Origin: a virus
DNA: 64,000 nucleotides
Virus record (IMG/VR): IMGVR_UViG_3300037628_000643
Coordinates: 40,022 to 104,021 of that record
Strand: one strand, 5' to 3'
The notes under the pieces were generated by a model. That model was not told the origin of the DNA and made no database searches. It was given only the letters and a program-made list of their open reading frames with translations. A program made the translations under genes and the position numbers. Of this stretch, positions 29,324-38,523 are shown piece by piece (position 1 is the stretch's first letter; every line of letters begins with the position of its first letter).

Positions 29324-29588
29324 ATTATATACCCTTAATCAGAAAAGTCAATAAAAAGAATAAAAAGGAGGAAGTAGGGAGATATAGGGAAAGTATAAGT
29401 ATATCCTCTAACTGACAGAGAAGAGACTATAGAACTATACTATTTAATCATTTATTACTATTAAATTACTACTATTACTACTACCACTGGGTTCGAACAG
29501 TGTTCGATAAAAAGAATTTTTTATACTTTTAATTCATTTTTATTCTTTTTATTAAACCGCTTGACTAACATTATTTCTTGTGTATTAT
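29324..29588. promoter_or_regulatory. Divergent promoter region / candidate replication origin
   Basis: Minus TTGACT-N16-TATAAT (29351-29324) and plus TTGACT-N16-TATTAT (29561-29588); 17-bp inverted repeats, palindrome, TAC/TAT tandem runs. Confidence 0.65.
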
Positions 29589-29613
29589 CCTGAGCACACA
29601 TGAGGAAAGAGTT

Positions 29614-29775
29614 ATGGATAGATCAAAAGAAATGGCAGAATCATATTTCTGCACAGGAAGAAAGGTTCGTATTGGAAAGTCTGATGTTATGCAAACAGTT
29701 TCAGGAATCAAAAAACTTGAGATAGCTATAAGCGACAAAAGAAATCTTTTGAAGGAGTTAAGATTATCAAGTTAA
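29614..29775 (+). CDS. Small hypothetical protein
   Basis: First ORF after the rightward promoter. Confidence 0.5.
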   Translation: MDRSKEMAESYFCTGRKVRIGKSDVMQTVSGIKKLEIAISDKRNLLKELRLSS

Positions 29776-30326
29776 TAACAGTAGACCAGAAATTTTTACT
29801 CGATGCGTTTATTTTCGATTATGAAACAGGAATGATATATCATAATAAAAACAGACCTAGGAGTCACTTTAAGACCCAAGGAAGTTATGGGTCATGGCTA
29901 GTAAGACACGCTGGTGAGTTTGCAGGGTCTGTGCATAATGAGAATACAATAGGAGGTCTATGCTATTGCAGAATAAGAATTTACGGTAAAAACTATTTTG
30001 CACATAGACTAATATGGCTTTCTAAGTACGGTGTCAACCCTAAAATAATTGACCATATTGATGGTAACGGTTTGAATAACAAGCTTTCTAATTTAAGAGA
30101 AGTTTCTGCAAAACAGAATTCATTAAACCGCTCAGCGCCAGTTAATGGTGTGAAGATAAATGGAGTTTACCATAGAAAAAAGTGTAATAGCTGGGAGGCA
30201 TCAATAAAGGTTGATGGAACATATAAATATCTTGGAAGACACAAGACACTCCTCGATGCAGCCTGCGCAAGAATCTCATATGAAAACTTAGTTGGAGGAT
30301 ATAGAAGAGGTTTGAATAATGAGTAA
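29763..30326 (+). CDS. HNH-AP2 homing endonuclease (probable ATT start at 29763)
   Basis: AHRLIW, IDHIDGNGLNN..SNLR, AP2-like W.ASI...YLG; DYETG motif lies upstream of ATG 29832. Confidence 0.8.
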   Translation: MIKLITVDQKFLLDAFIFDYETGMIYHNKNRPRSHFKTQGSYGSWLVRHAGEFAGSVHNENTIGGLCYCRIRIYGKNYFAHRLIWLSKYGVNPKIIDHIDGNGLNNKLSNLREVSAKQNSLNRSAPVNGVKINGVYHRKKCNSWEASIKVDGTYKYLGRHKTLLDAACARISYENLVGGYRRGLNNE

Positions 30327-30816
30327 ATTCATATCGATAGACGCTGGGATTATCGGTGCCATAGCGTTCTTTGACGGAAAGAAACTAATCGGTGTCGAAG
30401 ACTTCATTTATGAAAAACATGGAAAAAATAATGTTATCGATGCTTTTGACTTGATTTCGAAAATAATTGATTTCAAACCAGAAGCAGCAATTATTGAGCA
30501 GGTTGGATTTATCCGTGGTCAAGGTGGAGTGAGTTCGTTTTCTTTCGGAGGGCGGTTCGCTGAGGTGTGTATGATCTCACGATTAGCAACCAAGAACCTG
30601 ATTTTTCTAACACCAATGAAGTGGAAAAAGTCAGTTGGCCTAATAGGGTCTGACAAAAAACAAAGTGCTATAGTGGCTGCAAAAGTGTATCCTGCGCTAT
30701 ATGATTCTTTTGTTCAAAAAAATAATAGATGCAAAGGCGGCATTAAATATTTCGATGGCAGAGGTGACGCAGTTATGATAGGATTGTCTGCAATTAAATT
30801 GGGAGAGGTTGGATGA
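30319..30816 (+). CDS. RuvC-like Holliday junction resolvase
   Basis: ISIDAG..GAIA, IIEQV, SSFSFG, P.KWKK, DGRGDAVMIG. Confidence 0.8.
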   Translation: MSKFISIDAGIIGAIAFFDGKKLIGVEDFIYEKHGKNNVIDAFDLISKIIDFKPEAAIIEQVGFIRGQGGVSSFSFGGRFAEVCMISRLATKNLIFLTPMKWKKSVGLIGSDKKQSAIVAAKVYPALYDSFVQKNNRCKGGIKYFDGRGDAVMIGLSAIKLGEVG

Positions 30817-30998
30817 CCAATATAGAAAAAATGGCTATAGGTAGAATTGAGGCAATAGCCGATGATCTAGTAAGCTTAACGTATACAAGACCAGAAGATA
30901 TGGGGTTGGTATCTGAAAGTGGCACGGTTGCTAACAAAATATCAAGCGGACTAAGAGAGATTTCTAGCTGGGCAGAAGCTTTAAGGAAAAACCAATGA
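30813..30998 (+). CDS. Hypothetical protein
   Basis: ATGA coupling on both sides. Confidence 0.5.
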   Translation: MTNIEKMAIGRIEAIADDLVSLTYTRPEDMGLVSESGTVANKISSGLREISSWAEALRKNQ

Positions 30999-31162
30999 AA
31001 ATAGTAGCTGGAGATTTAATTACGTATCTAGACTTAAAATCACAAGAAATTAGTGTGGATGCTCCATATTTTGATGGCGATGATTCGTCGCGTGCTGTAA
31101 TTGACGGAGTAGTAGATCTTGATGATTTGGCAGAATATTTAAATTATATAGCGGAGGAATAA
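30995..31162 (+). CDS. Small hypothetical protein (55 aa, not in the ORF track)
   Basis: ATG 30995 to TAA 31162 fills the gap; carries GGAGG RBS for the next gene. Confidence 0.55.
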   Translation: MKIVAGDLITYLDLKSQEISVDAPYFDGDDSSRAVIDGVVDLDDLAEYLNYIAEE

Positions 31163-31163
31163 A

Positions 31164-32477
31164 ATGATCGAAAGCTACATAGCATTTCTAAATGCCTTAA
31201 GCCAAGGTAACGATATGGTAGCCGGAGCTCTTGTTATGGCAAGTACTGGAGTCGGTTTGTATGTCGCAAGAGCGTTACCAAGCAAAATATTTAATTTTGT
31301 AAAAAGATTCTCTACGATAAGTTTGGTTTATGATAATACTACGCATGCATCTCGTGAACAATACATAGAGTTAGAACAATTTCTTTTGAACAATAAAGCT
31401 TTAGGAAATATAAGAACCTACTCGTTAAATACTATCTGGGATTCAGATAAGCAGGCAAATTCAACAAAATTGGGAATAGGATATGGCGCACACTTAATTC
31501 GACATAATCTCAGCCTAATACTTGCCGTAAAAGAACAATTAGATAGTAGTGGATCAGAACTTCAAAAAGAAAGAGTAACCCTGTATTGTGTTGGGAAGAA
31601 ACCGGTTTTCTTTAATGCGATAGTGGATCACCTTGAAAAGATGAGCTCAGGTTACGGAGCCGATGGGACGATACCAATATTGGATTGGGATAATCATAGT
31701 TGGAGAAAGACAACATCACAGCGTCCTGCGGGATTAGATTCTTTGGCTATAAACAATGACATAAAAGATAAATTTAAGAATGAATTTAAATTCTTCATGG
31801 AAAGCAAAGAAGAGTTTCATCGATTAAATCTACCCTATAAGATGACTTATCTTCTGCATGGAGTACCTGGATCTGGAAAAACATCGCTTATTCGAGCGCT
31901 CGCTAGTGATTATAGTTTATCTATAGCAAGGATAAATCTGAATGACTTTTCCGATGATGGTTTTTACAAGGCCATAACTAAAGTTCCAAAAAAGTCAATT
32001 GTTCTCATAGAGGATTTTGATAGTACCAGCTCAACAAAGAAACGAAAAATAAATAGAGATCTAATTGATTCTGACTCGGACACTAAAGATGACTTTGAAA
32101 CATTTAGTTTCTTAACATTATCTGGGATACTAAACACTTTAGATGGAATAGTTAGCCTGAATGAATGCATAATATTTTTAACAACCAACAATATAGGTGC
32201 CATTGATGAGGCTCTTTATAGAACGGGAAGAGTTGACGTTATACGAGAGCTTCCAAAAATTAATGAAGATGTTGTTAGTGAATATTTTGAAAAACTTTAT
32301 CCAAACATTAAAGATAAGGTCAAATTCAACAGTATGTCAGCCAAGGATATTAACGGAATTGTGTCCTCTGCTAAATCTGATAAAAATAAAGCAATAGAAT
32401 TGTTAAATGAAACGGGAGAAGAAAATGAACAGAGAAGAAATGTTTGCAAATTACCATTACAGAAGAGGCTACCTTGA
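31164..32477 (+). CDS. BCS1-like membrane-anchored AAA+ ATPase
   Basis: N-terminal TM; YLLHGVPGSGKTS, IEDFD, TLSGILNTLDG, TTN, ALYR.GRVD. Confidence 0.85.
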   Translation: MIESYIAFLNALSQGNDMVAGALVMASTGVGLYVARALPSKIFNFVKRFSTISLVYDNTTHASREQYIELEQFLLNNKALGNIRTYSLNTIWDSDKQANSTKLGIGYGAHLIRHNLSLILAVKEQLDSSGSELQKERVTLYCVGKKPVFFNAIVDHLEKMSSGYGADGTIPILDWDNHSWRKTTSQRPAGLDSLAINNDIKDKFKNEFKFFMESKEEFHRLNLPYKMTYLLHGVPGSGKTSLIRALASDYSLSIARINLNDFSDDGFYKAITKVPKKSIVLIEDFDSTSSTKKRKINRDLIDSDSDTKDDFETFSFLTLSGILNTLDGIVSLNECIIFLTTNNIGAIDEALYRTGRVDVIRELPKINEDVVSEYFEKLYPNIKDKVKFNSMSAKDINGIVSSAKSDKNKAIELLNETGEENEQRRNVCKLPLQKRLP

Positions 32478-32865
32478 TGGTAGCGGAAATGGAGATAGGG
32501 CGCATGGTAAGACAGGTAGAAATATTTTAGATGCAGTAATGACGGCTTCTGAAACGAAAAGCGATGTGTTTTTTGTTTGCGATAATGATCGAACAATATC
32601 AGTTGAAAAAAGAAAAGTTATGGATATATCTCAAATCATTGGGTTTGATTTTTGTAATAGAATGAACATGTTCGAATTTGAGAACGGATCTACCATTTGG
32701 TTTGTATCTAAGCAAAACATTAGGGGTGCAGCAGAAAGCATGCTCGGATGCCATTATTTGAGCAATCCAGTGGTAATACTTGATATTGACATGACTCAGA
32801 TATGCTGTAGGACTTATGATGATATAGGTGAATTTAAATATATGATACAAGCGAGAACGCGATGA
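32425..32865 (+). CDS. Hypothetical protein with degenerate P-loop (RAHGKT)
   Basis: GGAG RBS before ATG 32425. Confidence 0.5.
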   Translation: MNREEMFANYHYRRGYLDGSGNGDRAHGKTGRNILDAVMTASETKSDVFFVCDNDRTISVEKRKVMDISQIIGFDFCNRMNMFEFENGSTIWFVSKQNIRGAAESMLGCHYLSNPVVILDIDMTQICCRTYDDIGEFKYMIQARTR

Positions 32866-33698
32866 GTAAACAATATCTAGATCTAATCCAAAGAACAATC
32901 GACACTGGCGAATGGATTGAAAACAAACGAACAGGAAAGAAATGTTTAACTGTTATTAATGCTAGCTTCGAGTATGATTTGTCCGAAAACAAGTTGCCCG
33001 TACTCACGACAAAGAAATCCTATTGGAAACCCGCTATTGCAGAGATGCTTGGTTATCTTCGAGGTTATACCAGTGCAGCTGATTTCAGGGGAATAGGTTG
33101 TAATACATGGGGGTCTAATGCTAATGAAAACGAAGCGTGGCTTAACAACCCTCATAGAAAAGGAAAAGATGATCTCGGCAAAATCTATGGCGCTATAGCT
33201 CGTGATTTTGGGGGGAAAAATCTAATAAGAGAAGTCTATGATGATTTACGCAATGGAATTGATTCACGAGGAGAAATAATTACATTCTATAAGCCGGATG
33301 ATTTCGACAAAGGATGCTTGAGGCCATGCATGCATACTCATACTTTCAGCATCATTGGCGATAAATTGTATCTTACATCTTATCAGAGATCTGATGACTT
33401 ACCTCTAGGTCATGGTTTCAATCAGATTCAAGTGGGGTGGCTACTAATGATTATGGCACAAATAACGGGATTAAAACCAGCTAAAGCATTTCATCATATA
33501 GTGAATGCTCATATATATGAAGATCAGCTGCCGTTCATTTATGAGCAACTTGAGAGAGAGCCATACGATCTTCCGACACTAAAGATTAATCAAAAAATAA
33601 AAACATTAGAAGACTTGGAAACATGGGTAACGCTTGATGACTTCGAATTAATTGATTATAACCATCATGAAGCAATCAAATTTCCGTTTTCAGTGTAA
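32862..33698 (+). CDS. thyA: Thymidylate synthase
   Basis: [27 protein letters not shown]. Confidence 0.95.
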   Translation: MSKQYLDLIQRTIDTGEWIENKRTGKKCLTVINASFEYDLSENKLPVLTTKKSYWKPAIAEMLGYLRGYTSAADFRGIGCNTWGSNANENEAWLNNPHRKGKDDLGKIYGAIARDFGGKNLIREVYDDLRNGIDSRGEIITFYKPDDFDKGCLRPCMHTHTFSIIGDKLYLTSYQRSDDLPLGHGFNQIQVGWLLMIMAQITGLKPAKAFHHIVNAHIYEDQLPFIYEQLEREPYDLPTLKINQKIKTLEDLETWVTLDDFELIDYNHHEAIKFPFSV

Positions 33699-33751
33699 AC
33701 GAACCACAAGGATGTGGTATTATTGTTAGACCATTCAAAGCAGGTATCACT

Positions 33752-34462
33752 ATGACCAGACATGCGAGCAAAGATAAAACTGTAACTGAACTCAAAAATT
33801 ACAATAATGCTAATGGTATCGATAGATGGGAGCTGTCAAACGAACAAAAAGAACTATCAAAAATAATCTCCATGAGCGATATGACGCTCGTCAGCGGAAA
33901 GGCTGGAGTTGGAAAAACAGCAGCTATACTTCATAATTACGTAAAAGAATACCTTTCAGATGTATCAAAGCACATAGTTATCATTAGAACGCCAGTTGAG
34001 GTAGGGCTGGATAAGATAGGGTTTTTACCAGGAGATTCAAAAGAAAAGCTTGAACCTCACTTTGCACCTTTCAAGAAAATTCTAGAGTTACTCATGTCAA
34101 AAGATAAGGTTAAGTGTGACCTTAATAAAAGAATACACTTTTCAATTCCTAACTTTTTGCTCGGAGATAGTCTGGACGATTCTCTTATCATTGTTAGTGA
34201 GGCACAACAGCTCCCCAAAGAGGTTGTAAGGCTTATTATGGAGCGAGTAGGAAACAATTCAAAAATAGTCTTTGAGGGAGATGAATCTCAAAAATATACA
34301 ACAACAGGAATTAGAAGCGGTCTTAGTCATGCTTTTGGTTTGTTTCAAAAACACCCAACGGAAGGTGTTGATTTCTATACATTTAGTGGAAATACAAATA
34401 TGAGGTCTGATTTTGTTGGAAGAATAAATAAAGTTTATGAATTAGAAGAAGACCGCGCTTGA
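33752..34462 (+). CDS. phoH: PhoH-like ATPase
   Basis: GKAGVGKT, IGFLPGD..EK, EAQ, GD.SQ, RS. Confidence 0.9.
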   Translation: MTRHASKDKTVTELKNYNNANGIDRWELSNEQKELSKIISMSDMTLVSGKAGVGKTAAILHNYVKEYLSDVSKHIVIIRTPVEVGLDKIGFLPGDSKEKLEPHFAPFKKILELLMSKDKVKCDLNKRIHFSIPNFLLGDSLDDSLIIVSEAQQLPKEVVRLIMERVGNNSKIVFEGDESQKYTTTGIRSGLSHAFGLFQKHPTEGVDFYTFSGNTNMRSDFVGRINKVYELEEDRA

Positions 34463-34519
34463 CAAGGCATATTTAATGTAAGATAATCCCTGTTGACAAT
34501 TAGTTAACGGGGATTTTTT
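34459..34519 (+). promoter_or_regulatory. Promoter overlapping a terminator hairpin
   Basis: TTGACA-N17-GATAAT; hairpin 34485-34515 followed by a T-run. Confidence 0.7.
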
Positions 34520-34535
34520 ATGTTTGGAGAATTAA

Positions 34536-34994
34536 ATGACAGATAAACACAAAGCAATATCAGTAGCTGATGAATTATGCGAAAAATATTCATTTACAGT
34601 TCTGCAATTAGTCGCATCAACTCTATTTCAGAGAACAATAGAATTTAAAAGTAAAACAAAATGGATGTCATCAGAGGATGATCTTCTGTCTACATTTTTC
34701 TATCTTTCATCAAAAGAAGAGTTATGCGAGGCATTACAGTGCACAATGGAGTCCCTTTATGTAAGAGCTAGAATGCTTGGTGTTGTGAGTCCGACTTTTG
34801 ATACCTTAAGTTCATATGATCTTGGTATGGCACTTAGTTTATTTCAGGAAGGAAAAACACAAGAAGAGGTATTATCTCTATTTGGAGTTTCAGCGACAAC
34901 AACACCGATAAGAACTTTAACTTTAAGTAATTATAATGACATTGGAAATGCATTGAATCCAAAAGATAGTTCTCAGATGGAGTTGTTTGAATGA
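34536..34994 (+). CDS. Hypothetical protein, possibly DNA-binding
   Basis: W...EDDLL and HTH-like ELCEALQCT..SLYVRA segment. Confidence 0.5.
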   Translation: MTDKHKAISVADELCEKYSFTVLQLVASTLFQRTIEFKSKTKWMSSEDDLLSTFFYLSSKEELCEALQCTMESLYVRARMLGVVSPTFDTLSSYDLGMALSLFQEGKTQEEVLSLFGVSATTTPIRTLTLSNYNDIGNALNPKDSSQMELFE

Positions 34995-35764
34995 ATGAAG
35001 GTGTATGGCTAATGCATGGAGACTGCTTAGAGAGAATGAAGGAAATACCAGATGGAAGTGTAGATTTAGTATTAGCCGATCCGCCATTTGGAACAACTCA
35101 ATGTAAGTGGGATTCTATAATTGATTTGGATTTAATGTGGGATCAACTAAAAAGAGTGATTAAGCCTAATGGTGCTATTTTACTATTTGGACAAACACCA
35201 TTTGACAAAGTCTTAGGCTGCAGTAACTTGCCTATGCTCAAGTATGAATGGATTTGGGAGAAAACAAGCGCAACAGGTCATTTGAACGTAAAAAGATCAC
35301 CGATGAAGGCACATGAAAATATATTGGTATTTTACAAGAAGCCACCTACATACAATGGACAAAAAACTACGGGACACAAAAGAAAAACAAGCAAAACAGG
35401 TAAAACATATAACAGCGCCTGTTACGGAGCCGAGTCAAAGAAGCCGGATTACGATAGCGATGAAAGGCACCCAAGAAGTGTTCAGGTGTTTAAAAGCGAC
35501 AAGCAAAAATCGAAACTTGTTCCAACGCAGAAACCACTTGCGCTAATGGAGTATTTAATGAAAACATATTCTAATGAGGGTGAAGTAGTTTTGGATTTTA
35601 CGGCTGGTTCATTTACAACTGGAGTTGCTTGTGTCAATCTTAATCGTAAGTTTATCGGGATAGAAATGGATGAAACTTATTTTAATATTGGAGTTAACAG
35701 GATTGAGGAACGTATAAAGTGCCTAGATTTAAAGACAGAACTAATGACAAGCACGGAAGATTAA
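34991..35764 (+). CDS. Beta-class N4/N6 DNA methyltransferase
   Basis: DPPFG (motif IV) precedes PTQKP and VLDFTAGS.TTG (motif I). Confidence 0.92.
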   Translation: MNEGVWLMHGDCLERMKEIPDGSVDLVLADPPFGTTQCKWDSIIDLDLMWDQLKRVIKPNGAILLFGQTPFDKVLGCSNLPMLKYEWIWEKTSATGHLNVKRSPMKAHENILVFYKKPPTYNGQKTTGHKRKTSKTGKTYNSACYGAESKKPDYDSDERHPRSVQVFKSDKQKSKLVPTQKPLALMEYLMKTYSNEGEVVLDFTAGSFTTGVACVNLNRKFIGIEMDETYFNIGVNRIEERIKCLDLKTELMTSTED

Positions 35765-36303
35765 CTGTGATATCTCATGCAGGTAAAGACCATAGAAATA
35801 AGCATCTATGGCTTTGTTTATGCGACTGCGGAAATGAAAAAATAGTCGTCTCTGATAACTTGTCTAGCGGAAAGTCAAACAGTTGCGGGTGCTTAAAGGC
35901 TGAGTTTTTGGCTAAAAAAGGAAACCAATGGGGTCTTTACGAAGATAGGGAGGTAGCATTATTAAAGGTTCAGTATAGCCACTTAAAAAGAAGAAATAGA
36001 AAGATGGGGTTTATTGGCGAGCTTAGCTTTGATTCTTTCTCATTAAAAGTGAAGTCTCCTTGCAGATATTGTGGTCTTGAGCACTCAAAGGAGGTTGAGG
36101 ATAGATTAAATGAAAGCCCTAAGCAGAAAAGGCTATCAGACCATGTTCTGAAATGTAACGGCATTGACAGAGTTGATAACAAAAAAGGATACGAAGATGA
36201 GAATTCTGTTTCTTGCTGTAAGTTTTGTAACTTTGCCAAGCACACAATGTCAGAAGATGATTTTTATTTATGGATAAAGAGGGTTTATGAATTTAACTTT
36301 TAA
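35719..36303 (+). CDS. Free-standing HNH-type homing endonuclease
   Basis: GRLTV...WLCLCDCG...SCGC; CRYCG...GIDRVDNKKGY..ENSVSCCKFCN. Confidence 0.85.
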   Translation: MPRFKDRTNDKHGRLTVISHAGKDHRNKHLWLCLCDCGNEKIVVSDNLSSGKSNSCGCLKAEFLAKKGNQWGLYEDREVALLKVQYSHLKRRNRKMGFIGELSFDSFSLKVKSPCRYCGLEHSKEVEDRLNESPKQKRLSDHVLKCNGIDRVDNKKGYEDENSVSCCKFCNFAKHTMSEDDFYLWIKRVYEFNF

Positions 36304-36412
36304 CAGCACAACTGGGGTAGCTGCAAAAAAGCTCAATAGAAAGTTCATTGGAATAGAAAAATTCGAAAAAGAATTCAATATCGCAGAAAAAAGAATTAAG
36401 GAGTCTAAATGA
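36287..36412 (+). pseudogene. Duplicated C-terminal fragment of the DNA methyltransferase
   Basis: STTGVAAKKLNRKFIGIEKFEKEFNIAEKRIKESK* matches the MTase end FTTGVACVNLNRKFIGIEMDETYFNIGVNRIEE. Confidence 0.85.
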
Positions 36413-37509
36413 AATTCACAATCAAAGTCGAAGACCTAAGATCAGCACTTTCTTCTTTATCTTCTATAATACCCAAGAAGCACTTCAACACATACATCAC
36501 CAATACGCTAGCATGTGTTAGTGATTCAGTTGTGGCTTTTACTGGTTACAATGAAGCTATACAGAAGACTGTAAGAGTGGAATGTACAGCGCAGGATTCA
36601 ATGGAAATACTGTTTGACTACAACAAGGTCAACAACCTTTCAAAGATGCTTCCAGATGGAAAAATGGTGACTTTTACTGTAAAAGACGGTAAGCTTGTGG
36701 TCTCGTGTGGTAAAAGCAGAAGCACGCTATCATTGTCTGATGTTAGTTCGTATCCAAGCATGACTATTGATGAGCTCACTGTTATTGATCATGATCCAAA
36801 GGAGTTATCAGAAAGTATCGATACTGTTTTTCATGCATCTGATCGAGATAATGCCAAGCACGAGATAAACGGCGTAGCAATGATATCTGGAAACGGAACT
36901 GTTGATGTGGTTGCCACAAATACAGCAAGATTATCAGCCTGCAAATTACCAACAAGCAGTAGCGAATCTTTTTCCATGATAATTCCGTACTCATCCGTAT
37001 CGTCTGTTTCAAAATCACTAGCTGCAGCAACTAATGTTGGTACTGATGGAAGGAATTTAGTGGTAGCAGGAGATGACTTTTTGCTTGTTTGTCAGCTTTT
37101 TGATGGCAAATATGTGCCATATGATAGGGTGATACCTAGTGATAATACCATCACTAATAAGTTAACTTTTAGCAAAGAAAATATGGTTAACGCATTAAAG
37201 AGAATTATTGCAATAGCAGAAAATTCATACGCAACAACGTGTGTTATTACAGCTGATACCGGAACAGTTGATGCAACGATTCAGGGTAACAACTCTTTAG
37301 GAGGTAAAGATGAAATTATTGAAGTTATACCAATGACAAACGATTCAAAAGAGTCTTTTTCTATTGGATTTAATCCAAGGTTTATTATGGATGCATTATC
37401 CAAGATAAGCAACGAGACTGTGAACTGTACTATTCATTCAGGTGGATTTTCTATGTTAAAGTTTTCTGAAGGAAATTTCGTAGCCATTATCACTAAAAAA
37501 ATAATTTAA
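36409..37509 (+). CDS. dnaN: DNA polymerase III beta sliding clamp
   Basis: 366 aa; YP, INGV, VATN.ARL, GKY.PY.RVIP, IGFN.RF..DAL. Confidence 0.9.
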   Translation: MKFTIKVEDLRSALSSLSSIIPKKHFNTYITNTLACVSDSVVAFTGYNEAIQKTVRVECTAQDSMEILFDYNKVNNLSKMLPDGKMVTFTVKDGKLVVSCGKSRSTLSLSDVSSYPSMTIDELTVIDHDPKELSESIDTVFHASDRDNAKHEINGVAMISGNGTVDVVATNTARLSACKLPTSSSESFSMIIPYSSVSSVSKSLAAATNVGTDGRNLVVAGDDFLLVCQLFDGKYVPYDRVIPSDNTITNKLTFSKENMVNALKRIIAIAENSYATTCVITADTGTVDATIQGNNSLGGKDEIIEVIPMTNDSKESFSIGFNPRFIMDALSKISNETVNCTIHSGGFSMLKFSEGNFVAIITKKII

Positions 37510-37554
37510 TATTAGTGGTAGTATTTAGCGTGTTAATTAATAATGGAGAACTAA

Positions 37555-38130
37555 ATGGAAGATAATAGAGCAGTACTTGAGCCATATAATGAGCCTGTTG
37601 AAATTAACAGGTACTCATTTCACTTAGACGAAGATATTGAAAGACCTTCTTATTACAGAACCATGATAGAGGTAATGACTGGATGCTCTCGCGCTGATGA
37701 AGTTACAATCTATTTTAATACTGATGGTGGTAGTTACGATGGAATGATTTCAATCATACATGCGATTAAGGCTTGTCAATGCCCAGTTGTTGGAATACTA
37801 TACGGTAAGGCATATAGTGCGGGAGCTGGAATACTGCTTAATTGCACTGATATCTATGTTGGAGAAAATGCCTCTATCATGGTGCATTCTGGATTTGACG
37901 GTATTGGAGGGAAGGTGTCTGACATTAAGGCTTATGTTGATTTTTCAAACAAAGAAAATACAAGGTTTATCAATAATGTTTATAGTGACTTTTTGACAGG
38001 TGACGAAATGAACAGGGTTGAAAGGGGTGACGATCTTTTCTTTGACTCTAAGGAATCAAAAGAAAAACTTGATTTAATGTTCAAGAAAAAACACGCAAAT
38101 GCTATTGTGAATAATGAGCCTGTTCATTAA
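37555..38130 (+). CDS. ClpP-like protease
   Basis: NTDGGS, AYSAG (catalytic Ser), IMVH. Confidence 0.8.
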   Translation: MEDNRAVLEPYNEPVEINRYSFHLDEDIERPSYYRTMIEVMTGCSRADEVTIYFNTDGGSYDGMISIIHAIKACQCPVVGILYGKAYSAGAGILLNCTDIYVGENASIMVHSGFDGIGGKVSDIKAYVDFSNKENTRFINNVYSDFLTGDEMNRVERGDDLFFDSKESKEKLDLMFKKKHANAIVNNEPVH

Positions 38131-38144
38131 ATTTAGGAGCGAAT

Positions 38145-38504
38145 ATGAGTACAGCAAGCGGAGCAGAAATATGGGTTGGCGTTGGGTATGATGTTTTGGC
38201 AGAAAATCTAGGATGGAAAAAAGAGGTTAACGAGTACAAGGAGGTAGAATGGGAAGTGCCAGAAGATTTTGACATGTATGATTATACTGAAGATATTGGC
38301 ATAGGTTACCCTGTATCTTATGATAGTCAAGATAATGAAGATAGGGTATACGGCATTGAAATCAAATCAGTAGAGTGGGGAGCAACTGAGTTTGATCCAC
38401 TTGAAATATTGAGAAAATCTGGCGCTGAGCGACTTAATGTATCAGAAAGACTTGGTATTGATATTAATAAAGTAGAAGTGTTCTTGGTTTCAACGTACTT
38501 TTAA
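38145..38504 (+). CDS. Hypothetical protein
   Basis: AGGAG RBS. Confidence 0.6.
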   Translation: MSTASGAEIWVGVGYDVLAENLGWKKEVNEYKEVEWEVPEDFDMYDYTEDIGIGYPVSYDSQDNEDRVYGIEIKSVEWGATEFDPLEILRKSGAERLNVSERLGIDINKVEVFLVSTYF

Positions 38505-38523
38505 TGTATTGGGAGTAATCCGC

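Noticed and set aside
29290-29800. Lysogeny switch (cI/cro) at the divergent promoters
   Set aside because: The flanking ORFs show no clear HTH repressor, and no integrase is present in the window.
35719-36303. Endonuclease as part of an intron or intein in the MTase
   Set aside because: No group I core elements or intein termini were seen, and the upstream MTase ORF is already complete.
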